NCBI GenBank assembly: GCA_035221665.1
Contig: CM069156.1
Coordinates: forward strand, 28,396,001-28,460,000
DNA length: 64,000 bases
Source: Okamejei kenojei
Taxonomy: Eukaryota
Direction: 5' to 3'
Below, one piece after another: positions 61,005-64,000 of the stretch (its first letter is position 1; each line of letters starts with the position of its first letter). Made by a program: the position numbers and the translations under genes. Under the pieces are notes generated by a model. That model ran no database searches. It was not told the DNA's origin and saw nothing but the letters and a program-made list of their open reading frames with translations.

Positions 61005-61752
61005 GTGAATGGTGTCATATTAGGAAAAGGGGAGGTGCAATGAGACCTAGGTGTCCTTGTACATCAGTCACTGAAATTAAGCATGCAGGTAAAGCAGGCA
61101 GTGAAGAAAGCTAATGGCACGTTGGCCTTCATACGGAGAGGATTTAAGAGGAGCAAGGAAGTCCTACCGCAGTTGTACAGAGCCCTGCTGAGACCGCACC
61201 TGCAGTTGAGTGTGCGGTTTTGGTCGCATAATTTGAGGAAATACATTGCTATTGAGGGAGTGCAGCGTAGGTTCACCAGGTTAATTCCAGGGATGGAGGG
61301 ACTCACATATGATGGAAGAATGGAGCAACTGGGCTTGTATTCACTGGAATTTAGAAGGATGAGTGGGGATCTTGTAGAAACATATAAAATCCTTGAGGGA
61401 TTGGACCGGCTAGATGCAGATTTTTTTTCCCTATGTTAGGGGTGTCCAGAACTAGGGGTCACAGTTTAAGAATAAGGGGTAGGCCATTTAGGACTGAGAT
61501 GAGGATAAACCTTTTCAGCCAGAGAGTTATGAATCTGTGGAATTCTCTGCCACAGAAGGCAGTGGAGGCCAATTCACTGGATGTATTCGGGAGAGAGTTA
61601 GATATAGCTCTTAGGGATAATTGAATCAAGGGATATGGGGAGAAAGCAGGAACAATTACTGATTTTGGATGATCAACCATGATCATATTGAATGGTGATG
61701 CTGGCTCAAAGGGCCAAATGGCCTACTCCTGTACCTATTTTCTATGTTTCTA
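61005..61752 (+). mobile_element. CR1 LINE 3' part
   Basis: QAVKKANGTLAFI...IEGVQRRFTRLIPG...NLWNSLPQ and a tttctatgtttcta tail. Confidence 0.9.
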
Positions 61753-62098
61753 TTATCGAAAATGTTGACAAGTGATGGGTGCTGTCAGTGCTTATCACAA
61801 ATGACTGTCATGATGACCATACTTTTTTAAGGGCTGTTGATATGAAGAATAAATATTGGATGGTTCACTTTGGAGAATTGTCCTTAAATAGTGCCGAACA
61901 TCCACCTGAGCAGGCAGGCGGCAGTGATTTACTATGAAATGCATATAAAATAGAATATTAAGCACAGCAAGTAGGAATGTGCGAGTATCCAAATATTGGA
62001 ATGATTGTATTTACATCATAATTCAGCTGCATTCTTGCCTTTTCATTTTACTAATAAAATTCCACGAAAGACAATCACAACTGTTTGTCATTTAATAG

Positions 62099-62175
62099 GT
62101 ATTGCAGTTGGTGCTGGATTGTGGATAACTTCCCTTTATGCAAACAAGATAATTATAAATCAGGTCTTCCTACAG
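62099..62175 (+). CDS. RNFT1: RNFT1 coding exon 3 (GIAVGAGLWITSLYANKIIINQVFLQ)
   Basis: tttaatag acceptor, gtaggt donor; 77 nt, phase 1 to 0; YANK.I.NQVFL motif. Confidence 0.93.
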
Positions 62176-62447
62176 GTAGGTTTCTTTTTATTTAAATACA
62201 CTCTTTTTTCCCCTCTCTGAATGCTTGGAATGTATTGGCACTCCACTGGGTTTCAAAGTAATCTTGCATCAGTGGTTATTATTCATCAGCTCCATACTAA
62301 TTTACATGCTAGGTACATTGACTAAAATTCAGATGTGGGTCCCCCACTGCGGATTAATGAATGGGAAATGGTTTAGTGGAATCTAACATGGACCCAATGG
62401 ACTAAATGACTACCTTCCCTATTTTAATCAGTGGGAGATGGTTTTGT

Positions 62448-63640
62448 GTGTACAAATGAACCGTAGATGCTGGTTTAAACCAAAGAAAGACACAAAACGC
62501 TGGAGTTACAGCAGGTCAGACAGCATCTCTGGAGAGAAGGTGACGTTTCGGGTCAAGACTATTCTTCAGACAAAGTCAGGGGAAAGGGAAACGAGAAAGA
62601 TATAGAGGATGATATAGAACAAATTAATTAAAGATATGCAAAAAAGTAATGACAAAGGAAACAGGCCATTGTTAGCTGTTGGCTAGGTGAAAATGAGTTT
62701 CAGAAAATGAAACTCACCAGGGTGACATTGAAACTAGTACAATGACTAGGGTTGGGGAGGGACGGAGAGAGGGAAAGCAACGGTTACTTGAAGTTAGAGA
62801 AATCAATATTCATATCGCTGGGTGGTAAGCTGCCCAAGCAAAATATGAGGTGCTGTTCCTCCAATTTTCATTTGGCCTCACTCAGACAATGGAGGAGGTC
62901 CAGGACAGAAAGGTCAGTGTGGGAATAGGAAGGGGAATTAAAGTGTTTGGCAACAGGGAGATCGGGTAGGCCCAGGAGAACTGGCCGACGGTGTTCAGCA
63001 AAACAATCGCCCAGTCTACGTTTGGTCTTGCCGATGTTTAAGAATCTACACCTGGGACAATGGATCCAGTAGATGAGGTTGGAAGAGGTGCAAGTGAACC
63101 TCTGCCTGACCTAAAAGGACTGTCGCTGTCGAGGGAGGAGGTGTAGGGGCAGGTGTTGCATCTCCTGCGTTTGCAGGGGAGGTACCTGGGGACAGGGTGG
63201 TTTGGGTGGGAAGGAATGAGGTTAACGAGGGAGTTGTGGAAGGAACGGTCTTTGCGGAAGGCGGAAAGGGGTGTAGATGGGAAAATGGTGGGATCCCAGT
63301 GGCGAAAATGTTGGAAGGTTATTTGTTGTATGCAACTGCTGATGTGATGAAAAGCAAGGACTAGGGGGCATGGGAGCAGGAGCAGAGCTGCAGGGTGCCT
63401 CGGATGTCCTGGTATGGAATACCTCATCTTGATGCAGATGCAGCGTAGATGGAGGAATTGGATGAAGGGGATAGTCTTTGCAGGAGGCAGGATGGGAAGA
63501 AGTGTAGTTTAGATAGTTGTGGGAGTCAGTTGGTTTATAATAGACGTCAGTCGATAGTCTATCTCCTGAGATGGAGATGGTGAGATTCAGAAAATGGAGG
63601 GAGGTGTCGGATGAAGGATGTCGAATTTGAGTGCAGGATG
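62448..63640 (-). mobile_element. Penelope-like element 3' part, opposite orientation
   Basis: LHFLNLTISISGDRLSTDVYYKPTDSHNYLNYTSSHP (PLE RT C-terminus), CKRRRCNTC; terminal repeat at 62450-62580. Confidence 0.9.
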
Positions 63641-63778
63641 GTTTCTTTCTTATTTTAGGATGATACAGAATCTGATCTTTTGTGAGTCTTTTGGGAGTGT
63701 TGTATGTTTTGAGATTTCCTGTGATCACTGATATTCTTGTGCTAATTCAAACTGAATATGACATTTTTTTTATTTTAG

Positions 63779-63879
63779 GAGCGCCGCTCTGTATTAGAGT
63801 GTGGCTGGTTGCTTGGGTTTCTAACTGCCTCCACCTTTCTCCTCTATGATACTTTCCAGTCTCAGTCACTCTTCTACAG
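63779..63879 (+). CDS. RNFT1: RNFT1 coding exon 4 (ERRSVLECGWLLGFLTASTFLLYDTFQSQSLFY); gene continues beyond the window
   Basis: ttattttag acceptor, gtatgt donor; 101 nt, phase 0 to 2; C.WLL.FL..S..LLY.TF.SQSL motif. Confidence 0.93.
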
Positions 63880-64000
63880 GTATGTTTCATAGATACATGA
63901 GTGAGAAAGAAATTGGCAAAATCTTTGAACGTGTGGGTAGTTGTGATTAGTGGTACAAATAATGAGTAGGTTCCATTTTAATAAAGAGCTAGGCAACAAT

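Overview
Eukaryotic, repeat-rich vertebrate DNA. The repeat inventory (CR1 with (TTTCTATG)n tails, HE1/V-SINE- and Deu-SINE-like elements, Penelope, DIRS) points to a cartilaginous fish, probably a skate or ray (inference). Two spliced genes sit head-to-head around a small CpG-rich promoter at about 54.2-54.6 kb. On the + strand are the first four coding exons of RNFT1. On the - strand is an unnamed gene of at least 13 phase-compatible coding exons (50818 down to 3313, about 640 aa) with a divergent TBC/Rab-GAP-like domain and a perfect palindromic RFX X-box at its 5' end. The ORF track shows only fragments of this gene. The introns hold two DIRS tyrosine-recombinase retroelements (one with perfect termini but a decayed AT-rich interior), two non-autonomous Helitrons (one with a duplicated promoter-like cassette, one with a fold-back structure containing an inverted 3'-to-5' junction), a truncated Gypsy element with a nested near-full-length CR1, and Penelope elements plus short derivatives carrying a minimal hammerhead-ribozyme core. 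There are also Harbinger and hAT-like MITEs and many LINE/SINE fragments. All calls were made by eye; no database search was run.
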